A stretch of 64,000 bases of DNA. It comes from Candidatus Poribacteria bacterium. GTDB taxonomy: Bacteria > Poribacteria > WGA-4E > UBA9662. This document shows, piece after piece, positions 19,357 through 28,617 of the stretch. The translations under genes were made by a program, and so were the position numbers. The DNA is taken from the NCBI GenBank assembly GCA_046582655.1, contig JAYGDX010000063.1, forward strand, positions 1 through 64,000, written 5' to 3'. The notes under the pieces are model-generated. The model saw only the letters and a list, made by a program, of their open reading frames with translations, did not search any database and was not told the origin of the DNA. The stretch's first letter is position 1, and each line of letters begins with the position of its first letter.

Positions 19357-19623
19357 ATGGCCCATAAAAAGGGGGGAGGTAGTACCACAAACGGTCGCGA
19401 CAGTACTTCTAAGCGGCTTGGAGTGAAAAAATACTCGGGTTCTAAGGTATTAGCTGGAAACATTATTATTCGCCAGCGGGGAACCAAAATTCATCTGGGG
19501 GATAATGTGGGACTTGGAAATGACCACACTATCTTTTCGAAAATCGAAGGTTATGTCTGTTTTGAACGCAAGGATAAATATCGTCGACAGGTAAGTGTAT
19601 ACGCACAACGACCTAATTTCTAA
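19357..19623 (+). CDS. rpmA: 50S ribosomal protein L27
   Basis: [24 protein letters not shown]. Confidence 0.98.
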   Translation: MAHKKGGGSTTNGRDSTSKRLGVKKYSGSKVLAGNIIIRQRGTKIHLGDNVGLGNDHTIFSKIEGYVCFERKDKYRRQVSVYAQRPNF

Positions 19624-19652
19624 ATTTAACCACTGAGAAGTTGTATTATATG

Positions 19653-19681
19653 AAAGCCCCGTGTTTGATGGGGCTTTTTTT
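19653..19681 (+). terminator. Rho-independent terminator after rpmA
   Basis: AAAGCCCC-GTGTTTGAT-GGGGCTTT followed by a T-run. Confidence 0.85.
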
Positions 19682-19762
19682 GTAACCAGTAGTAAATTTT
19701 CATTACCTACACAGCCAAGCTTTTCTATAATCTATCCAAAATCTAATCAAAAATAAAAAACC

Positions 19763-21049
19763 GTGAATTTAGACACAGCTAAAATTTATGTAAAAGGTGG
19801 AAAAGGTGGAGACGGGTGCATTAGTTTTCGTCGTGAGAAGCATATCCCCCGAGGCGGCCCAAACGGTGGAGATGGTGGAAATGGGGGCAGCATAGTATTA
19901 CAAGCCACCAAAGAAATGACAACACTTATTGATCTTCGTTATAGACCACACCAAACAGCTGATGACGGTCAACATGGTATGGGAAAGCTAAGGAATGGAG
20001 GAAGTGCGGAGGATCGGGTTGTCAGAGTTCCAGTAGGTACTGTTGTGCGTATACACAACACAGATGAGATCATCTCTGACTTGAAAACAGCTGGTCAATC
20101 TTTCATTGCAGCACAAGGGGGAATTGGTGGTCGGGGTAACGCCCACTTTCGAAGTTCCATTTTTCAAACCCCGCGCGTTGCTGAAAAAGGAGAACCAGGT
20201 GAAGAACGCACCATCGATCTTGAAGTCAAGTTAATCGCTGATGTTGGCTTAGTCGGTTTCCCAAACGCCGGAAAGTCAACGCTTCTTTCAAGAACTTCAG
20301 CCGCCAAACCAAAAATTGCTGCTTATCCATTTACGACGCTGACACCAAATCTCGGTGTAGTCCGAATTGCTGAAGATAAAAACTTTCTTTTAGCTGATAT
20401 CCCAGGCTTAATTGACGGTGCTCATACCGGCTCTGGTCTTGGTCATGATTTCCTTCGCCATATTGAGCGTACCAAAATACTGATCCATGTCATCGATGCG
20501 TCAGCCAGCGATGGACGGGATCCAATCGAAGATTTCGAACAGATTAATAGAGAACTTTCACTCTATAACAAGCGATTAGCTCGAATTCCACAATTGGTTG
20601 CGCTAAACAAAACAGATTTACCTTTTGCTCCAGATTACCTTCAGAAAGTCCTGAGTTACTTTGGTAAACGAAAGGTCTATGAAATATCCGCCTTAACTGG
20701 ACAAGGAGTGAATGCGCTCATTACATCTACATACCGATTGTTACAGCGTATCAATAAAGAGATTCAACAGAAGAATTCTCAACAGACACCGATGGTGATA
20801 AGCGAATCTAGATTAAAAGAGAAGATAAAAGTAACTCAGGGGAAAAATTACTTTTCTGTAGAAGGCAAGGCAGTACGCCGTGCAGCTCTGATGACAGATT
20901 TTGGAAATGAACAAGCAATCGTGATGTTTTATCGAAAATTAAAAAAAATGGGAGTTATCAATGTTCTAATAAAAGCTGGCATACAAGAAGGAGATACTGT
21001 TCAGATTGATGAATTTGAATTTACATTCGACCAAAACTCAAATGGCTAA
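19763..21049 (+). CDS. obgE: GTPase ObgE with C-terminal OCT domain
   Basis: Gly-rich Obg domain, GFPNAGKST, YPFTTLTPNLG, DIPG, NKTD; C-terminal GIQEGDTVQI. Confidence 0.97.
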   Translation: MNLDTAKIYVKGGKGGDGCISFRREKHIPRGGPNGGDGGNGGSIVLQATKEMTTLIDLRYRPHQTADDGQHGMGKLRNGGSAEDRVVRVPVGTVVRIHNTDEIISDLKTAGQSFIAAQGGIGGRGNAHFRSSIFQTPRVAEKGEPGEERTIDLEVKLIADVGLVGFPNAGKSTLLSRTSAAKPKIAAYPFTTLTPNLGVVRIAEDKNFLLADIPGLIDGAHTGSGLGHDFLRHIERTKILIHVIDASASDGRDPIEDFEQINRELSLYNKRLARIPQLVALNKTDLPFAPDYLQKVLSYFGKRKVYEISALTGQGVNALITSTYRLLQRINKEIQQKNSQQTPMVISESRLKEKIKVTQGKNYFSVEGKAVRRAALMTDFGNEQAIVMFYRKLKKMGVINVLIKAGIQEGDTVQIDEFEFTFDQNSNG

Positions 21050-22172
21050 ATCCGACCGACAACAATTAATGTCACAAGTAAAACGTGTGGTAGTAAAGGT
21101 TGGCAGTTCAACGCTATCACAAAATTCTGAACTTTCTAGCGAACGGCTAGATCAACTTACCCATGACCTTACAAAGTTAAAACAAAGAAACAAAGAGATT
21201 ATACTTGTTACCTCTGGCGCCATCGTCGCCGGCACACGACAGCTTGGATTTAACCATCGCCCCGAGACAATGCCTGAATTACAAGCGGCCGCGGCTGTAG
21301 GCCAGATTCAACTGATGCAAGCATATCAGTCACGACTACAGCAGTATGGGCAGATTCCCGCCATGGCATTGTTAACGCAGGAAGACTTCACTAGCCGACA
21401 ACGTTATGTCCATATAAGTGATACGCTTCTCACTCTACTCAGGTTAGGAGCCATCCCAATAATTAATGAAAATGACACCGTTACGGTTGATGAAATTAAG
21501 GTGGGTGACAATGATACTCTTGCTGCATATGTAACCAATCTTATAGACGCATATCTGCTGATTATTCTTTCCGACCAGAAAGGTTTTTACACTGCCGATC
21601 CACAGACAGATACAAATGCTGAACTGATATATGTTGTTCCTAAGATTGATGATACAATCCGTGTTTTGGCAGGAAATTCTAGTACGAATGAAGGAACTGG
21701 TGGAATGATAACAAAACTTCTAGCTGCCGAAATTGTAACGGGTTCTGGTGGATTGATGGTGCTGGCCGACGGATCTGAAAAAAATATTCTAAATCGGATT
21801 CTGGATGGTGAAGCAGTTGGGACTCTCTTTTTACCGCAAAAGCGGATATCTTCACGTCACCGCTGGATTGCCTATTCACGTCCACCAAAAGGTCAAGTAT
21901 TTGTTGATGAAGGAGCTCATCATGCGTTACTAAATCATGGAGGAAGCCTCTTACCATGTGGTGTACAACAGATCACTGGAAAATTCGAATTTGGTGATAC
22001 TATTTCGTGCCGAGATCAGAACGGCAGGGAATTTGCCAGAGGCTTGGTCAACTACAATACCCAAGAGGCTCAACAGATCATTGGTAAAAACACGCACGAG
22101 ATTGAACAGATTCTCGGCTATCATTATTATGATGAAATAATCCATCGTGACAACTTAGTACTAATCTCCTAA
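21042..22172 (+). CDS. proB: Glutamate 5-kinase (with PUA domain)
   Basis: VVVKVGSS, TSGAI, IPIINENDTV, GDND, TGGMITKL, EIIHRDNLV. Confidence 0.97.
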   Translation: MAKSDRQQLMSQVKRVVVKVGSSTLSQNSELSSERLDQLTHDLTKLKQRNKEIILVTSGAIVAGTRQLGFNHRPETMPELQAAAAVGQIQLMQAYQSRLQQYGQIPAMALLTQEDFTSRQRYVHISDTLLTLLRLGAIPIINENDTVTVDEIKVGDNDTLAAYVTNLIDAYLLIILSDQKGFYTADPQTDTNAELIYVVPKIDDTIRVLAGNSSTNEGTGGMITKLLAAEIVTGSGGLMVLADGSEKNILNRILDGEAVGTLFLPQKRISSRHRWIAYSRPPKGQVFVDEGAHHALLNHGGSLLPCGVQQITGKFEFGDTISCRDQNGREFARGLVNYNTQEAQQIIGKNTHEIEQILGYHYYDEIIHRDNLVLIS

Positions 22173-22275
22173 ATGAGTCTCATTACTTTGCCGACTAAAT
22201 CTAATTAAAAACACAAACTTAGCTCAAATTTTGACTTGATTTCCGCAGCATTTAGATTGAAACTAAATGGCAGAA

Positions 22276-22308
22276 TTGCTATTATTAGCGATAATAGCAA
22301 ATAATAGC
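22276..22308. promoter_or_regulatory. Operator-like palindrome
   Basis: TTGCTATTAT-tagcg-ATAATAGCAA perfect 10-bp inverted repeat plus an extra ATAATAGC, downstream of a TTGACT-16-TAGATT candidate promoter (22231-22258). Confidence 0.5.
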
Positions 22309-22351
22309 CTCTATCAGCGAGTTAAGTCGAACAACTGAGATTAGGGGGGAC

Positions 22352-22867
22352 ATGCCCAACACCCTTGATGTGACTAACATCCGCCAAAAATACCCAAACC
22401 GTTGGCTGTTGCTAATCATACATAGTTATAAAGACGGAAACCCGCTTTCCGGCCGAGTACTTGCCCACTCAAAACATCGTCAAAAAGTCTATGATGCGCG
22501 AACAAGAGCGATAGCGCTCTATCCAGACCTGGATCTACGAATTATATTTACAGGAGATCAAAAGAAAATTGGCGAAATAAGTCCAGAGGGAGACCTAAAA
22601 CTGGCAATGGCAGAAGGTACAGATCATGCTGAAATCGCATCTCTTCTGTTTGCCGAGGATATAGAAAAGGCTAATTTAGAAACAGAATTGAAAAAACAGC
22701 AGATTACGGACTTGGAAAAAATCTATAAGGAACAACGAATTATCAATACACCAGCAAATTGGTATGATACTTATCAGCACGCCACCGGGAGACAACAGGC
22801 TTCTGATCAACCAAACACATCAGATGAAAAAGCCCACCATAATCAAAAACAGTCAACCGATGAATGA
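22352..22867 (+). CDS. Hypothetical protein (N-terminal DUF5678-like small domain)
   Basis: IRQKYPNRWLLL...GRVLAHSKHRQKVY; G-rich RBS. Confidence 0.6.
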   Translation: MPNTLDVTNIRQKYPNRWLLLIIHSYKDGNPLSGRVLAHSKHRQKVYDARTRAIALYPDLDLRIIFTGDQKKIGEISPEGDLKLAMAEGTDHAEIASLLFAEDIEKANLETELKKQQITDLEKIYKEQRIINTPANWYDTYQHATGRQQASDQPNTSDEKAHHNQKQSTDE

Positions 22868-25571
22868 AATGAAGAACAACCAATTGGTTATTGTAAAAGC
22901 TCTTACCTGTATCTTTTTGATAATTATGGTTAGTGGTCACTTAATTTCACAACAGAAATTAACAACCAAGGAACTTAAAAAAATTGAAGAAGACTTTGTT
23001 AAAAATGCAACAGCCAAAATTAAGGGACAGGTATTCTGGCCAGGTAAAGATCTCTCAAAGACAACAACCCAAGTTTATAAAGATAAGTTCCTCAAAGAAC
23101 CATATACAGGTGTAACACAACTTATTGATGGTCAATTTGAGATTCGTGTTGAACCTGGTGATTATTACTTGGTGGCGTTTGTAGATCTAGATAAGTCTGG
23201 TAAATTCGACTTTGGCGATGGTATGGGTGTTTTCGGTATTACTGACTGGAGCGATCCAAAACAGGAAAAACAACTCATTTCCATTGGTAACTACCAATCC
23301 ATCAACGGAATTAACATTCCTATTGTGGCACGGTTACAGGATATTGAAAGTGCTAACAAGCTTGTTTCAATTACTGAATATGAAGAAAGTAATCTAACTA
23401 AATTCAAAGGTAAGCTAGAAGAAATTACCTCTGGCATACAAGGTCATATAACCTGGGAAGACTTTACTCCGGCGGAAAAAATATCTGTTTTTGCCTACAC
23501 TGATTTGTCCTGGAAATATCGTGCAGCGACTTGTCAAATGGAAGAGGATCAGACTTTTATTCTTAATCTGAAGCCCGGCAAATATTACCTGCTTGCCGTC
23601 GTTGACCGTAACGGCAGCAATGCCTTTTCCCCCGGCGATTTGGTTGGCATATACGGTATCCAAGATTTATCAGCAGATGCTCACCCGCGCCCTGTTTTAG
23701 TTAACAAAGCTGATATCACCAAAGAAATAGAGATTGCCATCACAGGCAAGCAACTTGAAAACGGCAAAACCGTCCCCATAAATCAAATGACAAAATCGAT
23801 TTCAAACAATGAGGGAATGGCTGAGATTACAGGAAAAGTTATTTGGCCCGGACACTCTTTGCAAAACTCGATTTTACAAATCTACAAAGCAAAAACCATG
23901 ATTAATCCAACTAGACAAGTTGAACTTGACCTTAAAGGGGAATTTGAACTTTTGTTGCCATCCGGGAGTTACTACTTTTTGGTTAATGTTGATAGTAATG
24001 GTGACGGTAAATACAGTGTGGGTGATGCAATTGGAGGATTTGGAACTAGCGACATCACTAACATACCCCCTTCATCGATTAAACTTAAAGAAGGAAAAAA
24101 CACACCTATCGAGATAGTCGTCAGTGCAACCTACTCAAGCGACGGCCAACTCGAACCTGTTCACAGCTTGGAATGGATTACACCAACAACAGAGTACAAA
24201 AGCGGTATTGAGGGACAAATACTTTGGTCAAATCAGGAATTCAAGATTGGAGTTATCTCATTATCACAGGATGAAGACTTCACTCAACCTATCGCGTATC
24301 CGGTCAGTTTTGATGAAGATGGGAAATATAGGATTCAAGTTCCGCCAGGTGATTATTACGTGATGGCCATTGTTGATCTCAACAACAATCGACACGCAGA
24401 TCTACGTGATGGTGTTGGAATTTATGGAACTCATCGTCCTGTTCAGGGTAACCCACACATCATATCCGTCTTTCCAAATTATATAACACCTTCAATTGAC
24501 ATCACCATATCCGCAATCTATATTGATCAACTTGGCAATATAGCTGAAATTGATGATGGTCATCGCCATACAATCCAGATGCAATATGGCAAACCTGATG
24601 ATACTTTTCAGTTTACACGTTCAGGCACCCAAATCGAGGAGTGGTGGTATTGGTCTCAAGGAATTGGATTTATCTTTGAAGCGACTGGTAAAGGCTGGCG
24701 ACTGCAAGACCAGCAGGAATTCGACCCTAACCCCAATGATGCTATTGATACGACAACGTTTGAGCAAAAAGAGACAGTTCCCCATATTAATGCATTAATT
24801 GTTTACAATTACGATAACCTGGTCTGGGGCTATGCACCGGGTGGAACAAATGAACCACTTGGTATTGGCCGAAAGCCAACCGTCTCAATAGATGGAAGGA
24901 TTCTTTATACTGACCTTGACGGTAATATAGTTATCAATGATCAAGGTGAAATTGACATTTTATTGGATCGTAAAGAGCTTGCTAGGGATCCAGCTATATC
25001 ATCAGATGGGAATTATGTTGCATTTGTACGTCGCGGTCCAGACAGGCAAAGACTCTATGTCAGGCACATTTCAACTGGCAGCGAGTTCCTTATTCCTTCG
25101 ACAGCAATCGAAGTGTCAACACCGAGCTGGAATACAACAAACAAAATCTTAACTTATAGCGCACGGGGAACAATCGAGAATCCACAAACGCGAAACGACC
25201 GAAATATCTATGCCTATAACCGTATTGAAAATCGTATTGATCCCATATGCGTTGGCTTAACTGATGACACTGAACCAAGATGGTCCCCAACCGATCCCAA
25301 CATCATGGCTTTCAGTCGACAAGAAGAAAACCATCGTCAAATTTGGCTTGCTGAACTAAATCAAAAAGAAACAACACAAGAAACCCAGATCACCACTTAT
25401 GGTGGAGAAAAGCCGGTCTGGCTACCCAATGGCAAGGAAATCCTTTACGAAAATAATGGACAACTTTGGCTAATCCCCATAAATGGGGGTGAAAATTATC
25501 CGGTTAAGGTGAACGGGCAGATGATATTTGGAGAGAATCCATATGTTGTTCCATCCCCGGTTCTGCAATAG
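22860..25571 (+). CDS. Secreted protein with four Ca-loop beta-sandwich repeats and a TolB/PD40-like propeller
   Basis: Signal-like N-terminus; four 'PG.YY....VD.(D/N).(S/N)....GD..G.(F/Y)G' repeats; C-terminal DPAISSDGNYVAF, EPRWSP, KPVWLPNG. Confidence 0.8.
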   Translation: MNEMKNNQLVIVKALTCIFLIIMVSGHLISQQKLTTKELKKIEEDFVKNATAKIKGQVFWPGKDLSKTTTQVYKDKFLKEPYTGVTQLIDGQFEIRVEPGDYYLVAFVDLDKSGKFDFGDGMGVFGITDWSDPKQEKQLISIGNYQSINGINIPIVARLQDIESANKLVSITEYEESNLTKFKGKLEEITSGIQGHITWEDFTPAEKISVFAYTDLSWKYRAATCQMEEDQTFILNLKPGKYYLLAVVDRNGSNAFSPGDLVGIYGIQDLSADAHPRPVLVNKADITKEIEIAITGKQLENGKTVPINQMTKSISNNEGMAEITGKVIWPGHSLQNSILQIYKAKTMINPTRQVELDLKGEFELLLPSGSYYFLVNVDSNGDGKYSVGDAIGGFGTSDITNIPPSSIKLKEGKNTPIEIVVSATYSSDGQLEPVHSLEWITPTTEYKSGIEGQILWSNQEFKIGVISLSQDEDFTQPIAYPVSFDEDGKYRIQVPPGDYYVMAIVDLNNNRHADLRDGVGIYGTHRPVQGNPHIISVFPNYITPSIDITISAIYIDQLGNIAEIDDGHRHTIQMQYGKPDDTFQFTRSGTQIEEWWYWSQGIGFIFEATGKGWRLQDQQEFDPNPNDAIDTTTFEQKETVPHINALIVYNYDNLVWGYAPGGTNEPLGIGRKPTVSIDGRILYTDLDGNIVINDQGEIDILLDRKELARDPAISSDGNYVAFVRRGPDRQRLYVRHISTGSEFLIPSTAIEVSTPSWNTTNKILTYSARGTIENPQTRNDRNIYAYNRIENRIDPICVGLTDDTEPRWSPTDPNIMAFSRQEENHRQIWLAELNQKETTQETQITTYGGEKPVWLPNGKEILYENNGQLWLIPINGGENYPVKVNGQMIFGENPYVVPSPVLQ

Positions 25572-25613
25572 AGCAGCACATATTAAAAGAAACCAAATTT
25601 TTTTGATATCCAT

Positions 25614-25642
25614 TTGACATAGTTCGACAGATATGATAGGAT
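25614..25642 (+). promoter_or_regulatory. Sigma70-type promoter for ferredoxin
   Basis: TTGACA-17 nt-TAGGAT. Confidence 0.6.
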
Positions 25643-25766
25643 TAGTCGGTTTGGGAAGTGCTGTTTCTGTTGGGAATTATCATAGTAATTTCGAGGCTAG
25701 CCCAAACAGAGCTTAGTGACAATCGAGCGTGCTGTTTCAGCAACTCTAGCTTAGGAGTAGATTAGT

Positions 25767-26030
25767 ATGACTTATGTAATTTGTGAGCCGTGCATTGATG
25801 TAAAGGATACAGCTTGTGTTGACGTCTGTCCCGTCGATTGTATTCACCCAACTTCCGATAATGAAGAATTCTTTGAGGAAGAGGTGCAACTTTACATCGA
25901 TCCGGAAGAATGCATTGATTGCGGGGTTTGCGAACCAGAATGTCCTGTTGAGGCGATTTACGCTGAGGATGACGTTCCAGAAGAATGGGAAAGTTTCACA
26001 GGAAAGAACGCAGAATTTTTTGGTGCTTAA
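25767..26030 (+). CDS. Dicluster ferredoxin (FdxA-type)
   Basis: [20 protein letters not shown] and [24 protein letters not shown]. Confidence 0.95.
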   Translation: MTYVICEPCIDVKDTACVDVCPVDCIHPTSDNEEFFEEEVQLYIDPEECIDCGVCEPECPVEAIYAEDDVPEEWESFTGKNAEFFGA

Positions 26031-26055
26031 AGTATAAACTTAACAACACATTTGA

Positions 26056-26652
26056 TTAACTTAGTAAGTTTTTAACAAGATAGCAATTTGGTGTACGAGA
26101 GATGTTACCGGTTGCTTTACTCAAATCTCGACATTCTTCCCAATAGCGGTTGTATTGAATTGGAGTATATTCTTTCCGCCGACCGATAAATGTTTTCCAG
26201 CAGCAGCCAATCTCATTCCCGTTATTCATCGGGTACCCCCATACTCTACATATGATTGGCCGGTGATTATAGACTGAACATACTCCACCGACAAGCATGG
26301 GGCATGCTCCTTCGGGGGTTCCTTTTAATGCATCGACCATATCCATGCCCGATGCCTCTGGAGTATGTTCCTCAAGAAACCCCGCCGCTTCAAGTTTGGT
26401 AATAGATTTACATGCTTTCTCCAAGATATGAGACTGGATTTCCTTCGGTAGTTTTTGTAACCCGATTCTTAGATCTCGGGCTTCAATTTCACTGATCGTC
26501 ATCGTTGCAGTATTGTGACAACAGTCATAACAATTGGCTGGGCATGGGGAACCACCAATCTGAACCTGTAACCTCCGCGTTTCAACATCGATCTCATTTG
26601 TAACTTTTTGATATGCATCTAACACATCTTGATCCGTTACGCTCTGATTCAT
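26056..26652 (-). CDS. YkgJ-family (CxxCxxCC) cysteine-cluster protein
   Basis: CPANCYDCC, ACPML..GVCSVYNHRPIICRVWG. Confidence 0.85.
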   Translation of the reverse strand: MNQSVTDQDVLDAYQKVTNEIDVETRRLQVQIGGSPCPANCYDCCHNTATMTISEIEARDLRIGLQKLPKEIQSHILEKACKSITKLEAAGFLEEHTPEASGMDMVDALKGTPEGACPMLVGGVCSVYNHRPIICRVWGYPMNNGNEIGCCWKTFIGRRKEYTPIQYNRYWEECRDLSKATGNISRTPNCYLVKNLLS

Positions 26653-26659
26653 CTGATTT

Positions 26660-27511
26660 TCACATAGCCTTTTGCATTGGGAACATCTTAAGGTCACAGA
26701 TCGCATGCAGAAATATAACGATCTTTGAGCCATTATCTAAGATCATCTTAACTTCATCATTACTTATCCAATCTACCTGACCGTGAAAGACTTCCCCTTC
26801 AATAATTTTAACTTCAATTGGATATCTTTCTTGTCTTGCCTCGCGGATCGCATCGATATTCACCTGGTGATCCTGACCACAAGATTCAGTTTCTATATCT
26901 TTATTATTTTCTAACTTAGAATTATGCTCCAAAATTGACTCGATTCCGTCCAAATCCTCAGCTTTATAACAATATTTGACGTTAGTTCTTGGTATTTCTT
27001 GTTTCCCATCCTTACTGTGAAGAACGAGTGAATCCGTGTTAGCACCAATAATTGTGACAGATCGCTCAATACCGTCCAGCATAGCGAAGAACATCGGTGT
27101 TTGCTGACGGATTTGCTTCTCAATATATAAATTTCCAAAATTCATCCGATTTGAATCCGCTAAGATCTGATCACCATCTTCACTTGATGAACCTCCCCTA
27201 TTATCGCGTGGTAAGACAGATGCGCCATCAGCATCCATCCAATTTGGCATATTATTCTCACGTGGAATTAAATTCTTCCCCTGACGCAGCCACCTACGTT
27301 CAAGTGCTGTCAATAGTATCTCGACATCTTTTCCAACTAGACCTTTCCTACCCTCAGTAACCTGATACTTTACAGTCTGTCCAACTCGAATGTCGTCATA
27401 AGGGCTATCAATGGCCGAACTGTGAATAAAGACATCTGCCTCGCCATCATCTTGAGCAATAAACCCAAATCCCTTTTCCGTATTATAATATTTTATTTTT
27501 CCTCTTGGCAC
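26660..27511 (-). CDS. Cold-shock domain protein fused to tandem Sm/Hfq-like domains
   Basis: GKIKYYNTEKGFGFI (RNP1) and DVFIH (RNP2); C-terminal IREARQERYPIEVKIIEGEVFHGQVDWISNDEVKMILDNGSKIVIFLHAICDL resembles Hfq. Confidence 0.75.
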   Translation of the reverse strand: MPRGKIKYYNTEKGFGFIAQDDGEADVFIHSSAIDSPYDDIRVGQTVKYQVTEGRKGLVGKDVEILLTALERRWLRQGKNLIPRENNMPNWMDADGASVLPRDNRGGSSSEDGDQILADSNRMNFGNLYIEKQIRQQTPMFFAMLDGIERSVTIIGANTDSLVLHSKDGKQEIPRTNVKYCYKAEDLDGIESILEHNSKLENNKDIETESCGQDHQVNIDAIREARQERYPIEVKIIEGEVFHGQVDWISNDEVKMILDNGSKIVIFLHAICDLKMFPMQKAM

Positions 27512-28617
27512 TAGCTTTCCTCCTCCCTAAAGGAAAATGATGATTGTTGTGATTCTAGATTTTCTTGTTCTTGATCTACTCTCTGTGACCTATACGCAGT
27601 CAAAGATGAAGGTAAATCTTCAATCTGATCTTTTTGATTCCACTCCACAATCTTACTCTTAATGAATGCACTTTGGCGTGCGACTTCAATCCATTGTGGA
27701 GTTTCGTCCTCTTTACATATCAATACTTCACACAGTCCCCCCCAAACGTCCAAGCATGTCTCCCACCATTTTCGATAATAGTCAAGATCTGACCTGTGTT
27801 GCCCAATCAGATCACATTCAGTAATCCATAATGGGTTCGTTCCACACCACATTTTAACTGATTCGACATAGTTAATTTCAAACCCACTTCTCTCGTAATG
27901 AAACCATTTTTCTGATAAATCTTCATATTTTTCGTCTTCAGGTGGCCAGTGTAAGTTCAGTCCAACTGCATCTAACGGAAAACGAAAGCCACTTCGGTAA
28001 ATCGCCCGCGCAACTTGCGCACGTTGCATATCGGGGATTTCAAAACGCTGTGAGTGGAAGACAAGATCCAACGTGCGATTGTACCTTCCTAAAAGTGATG
28101 ACCAGAAAAGCGCCCAACGGAAACGCTTAATTAACGGCTGAGAAAAATTGCTAGCGTAAACCAAAGATACTTCAAAAGCCATCATCGCGTCAACGACTTT
28201 AGCCCATTCCTCACGCTGCGCATGAGTTCCAATCAAATCACTGCCAATACAAAAGTAGCGCGGACGATAATCACGAGTGAGACTTTCAAGTTCAAGTTTA
28301 ATACGACCCATCAGCAATCCCCATGAATTCATGTCTACTGTACCAATCCATCCCTGCCAATTGGGAGGTTGTTTCCCATTAGACTCTCTAGGTATGAAGT
28401 GTGGCTTTATCATCAATTCAAAGCCACTTTGTTTTACCTCATTGACAAGATTTTTGATTGGCAAATAGACACCGACAAGTCGTGCTCGGTCATCACGGTC
28501 CAACAAGTATTGCGGAACAATCACAATAATCTTAACCCCAATCTCTCGTAAATTCGCTAAGATCTCGGGATAGTTGGTAAAATGATAATCGTTCCAAAGA
28601 GTGTAACCTAACTTCAT
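27511..28617 (-). CDS. TIM-barrel glycoside hydrolase-like protein (GH113-like)
   Basis: LMIKPHF..WQGWI, YFCIGSDL, LVYASNF, DAVGLNLHWP, LWITEC follow GH113 motif order. Confidence 0.55.
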   Translation of the reverse strand: MKLGYTLWNDYHFTNYPEILANLREIGVKIIVIVPQYLLDRDDRARLVGVYLPIKNLVNEVKQSGFELMIKPHFIPRESNGKQPPNWQGWIGTVDMNSWGLLMGRIKLELESLTRDYRPRYFCIGSDLIGTHAQREEWAKVVDAMMAFEVSLVYASNFSQPLIKRFRWALFWSSLLGRYNRTLDLVFHSQRFEIPDMQRAQVARAIYRSGFRFPLDAVGLNLHWPPEDEKYEDLSEKWFHYERSGFEINYVESVKMWCGTNPLWITECDLIGQHRSDLDYYRKWWETCLDVWGGLCEVLICKEDETPQWIEVARQSAFIKSKIVEWNQKDQIEDLPSSLTAYRSQRVDQEQENLESQQSSFSFREEES

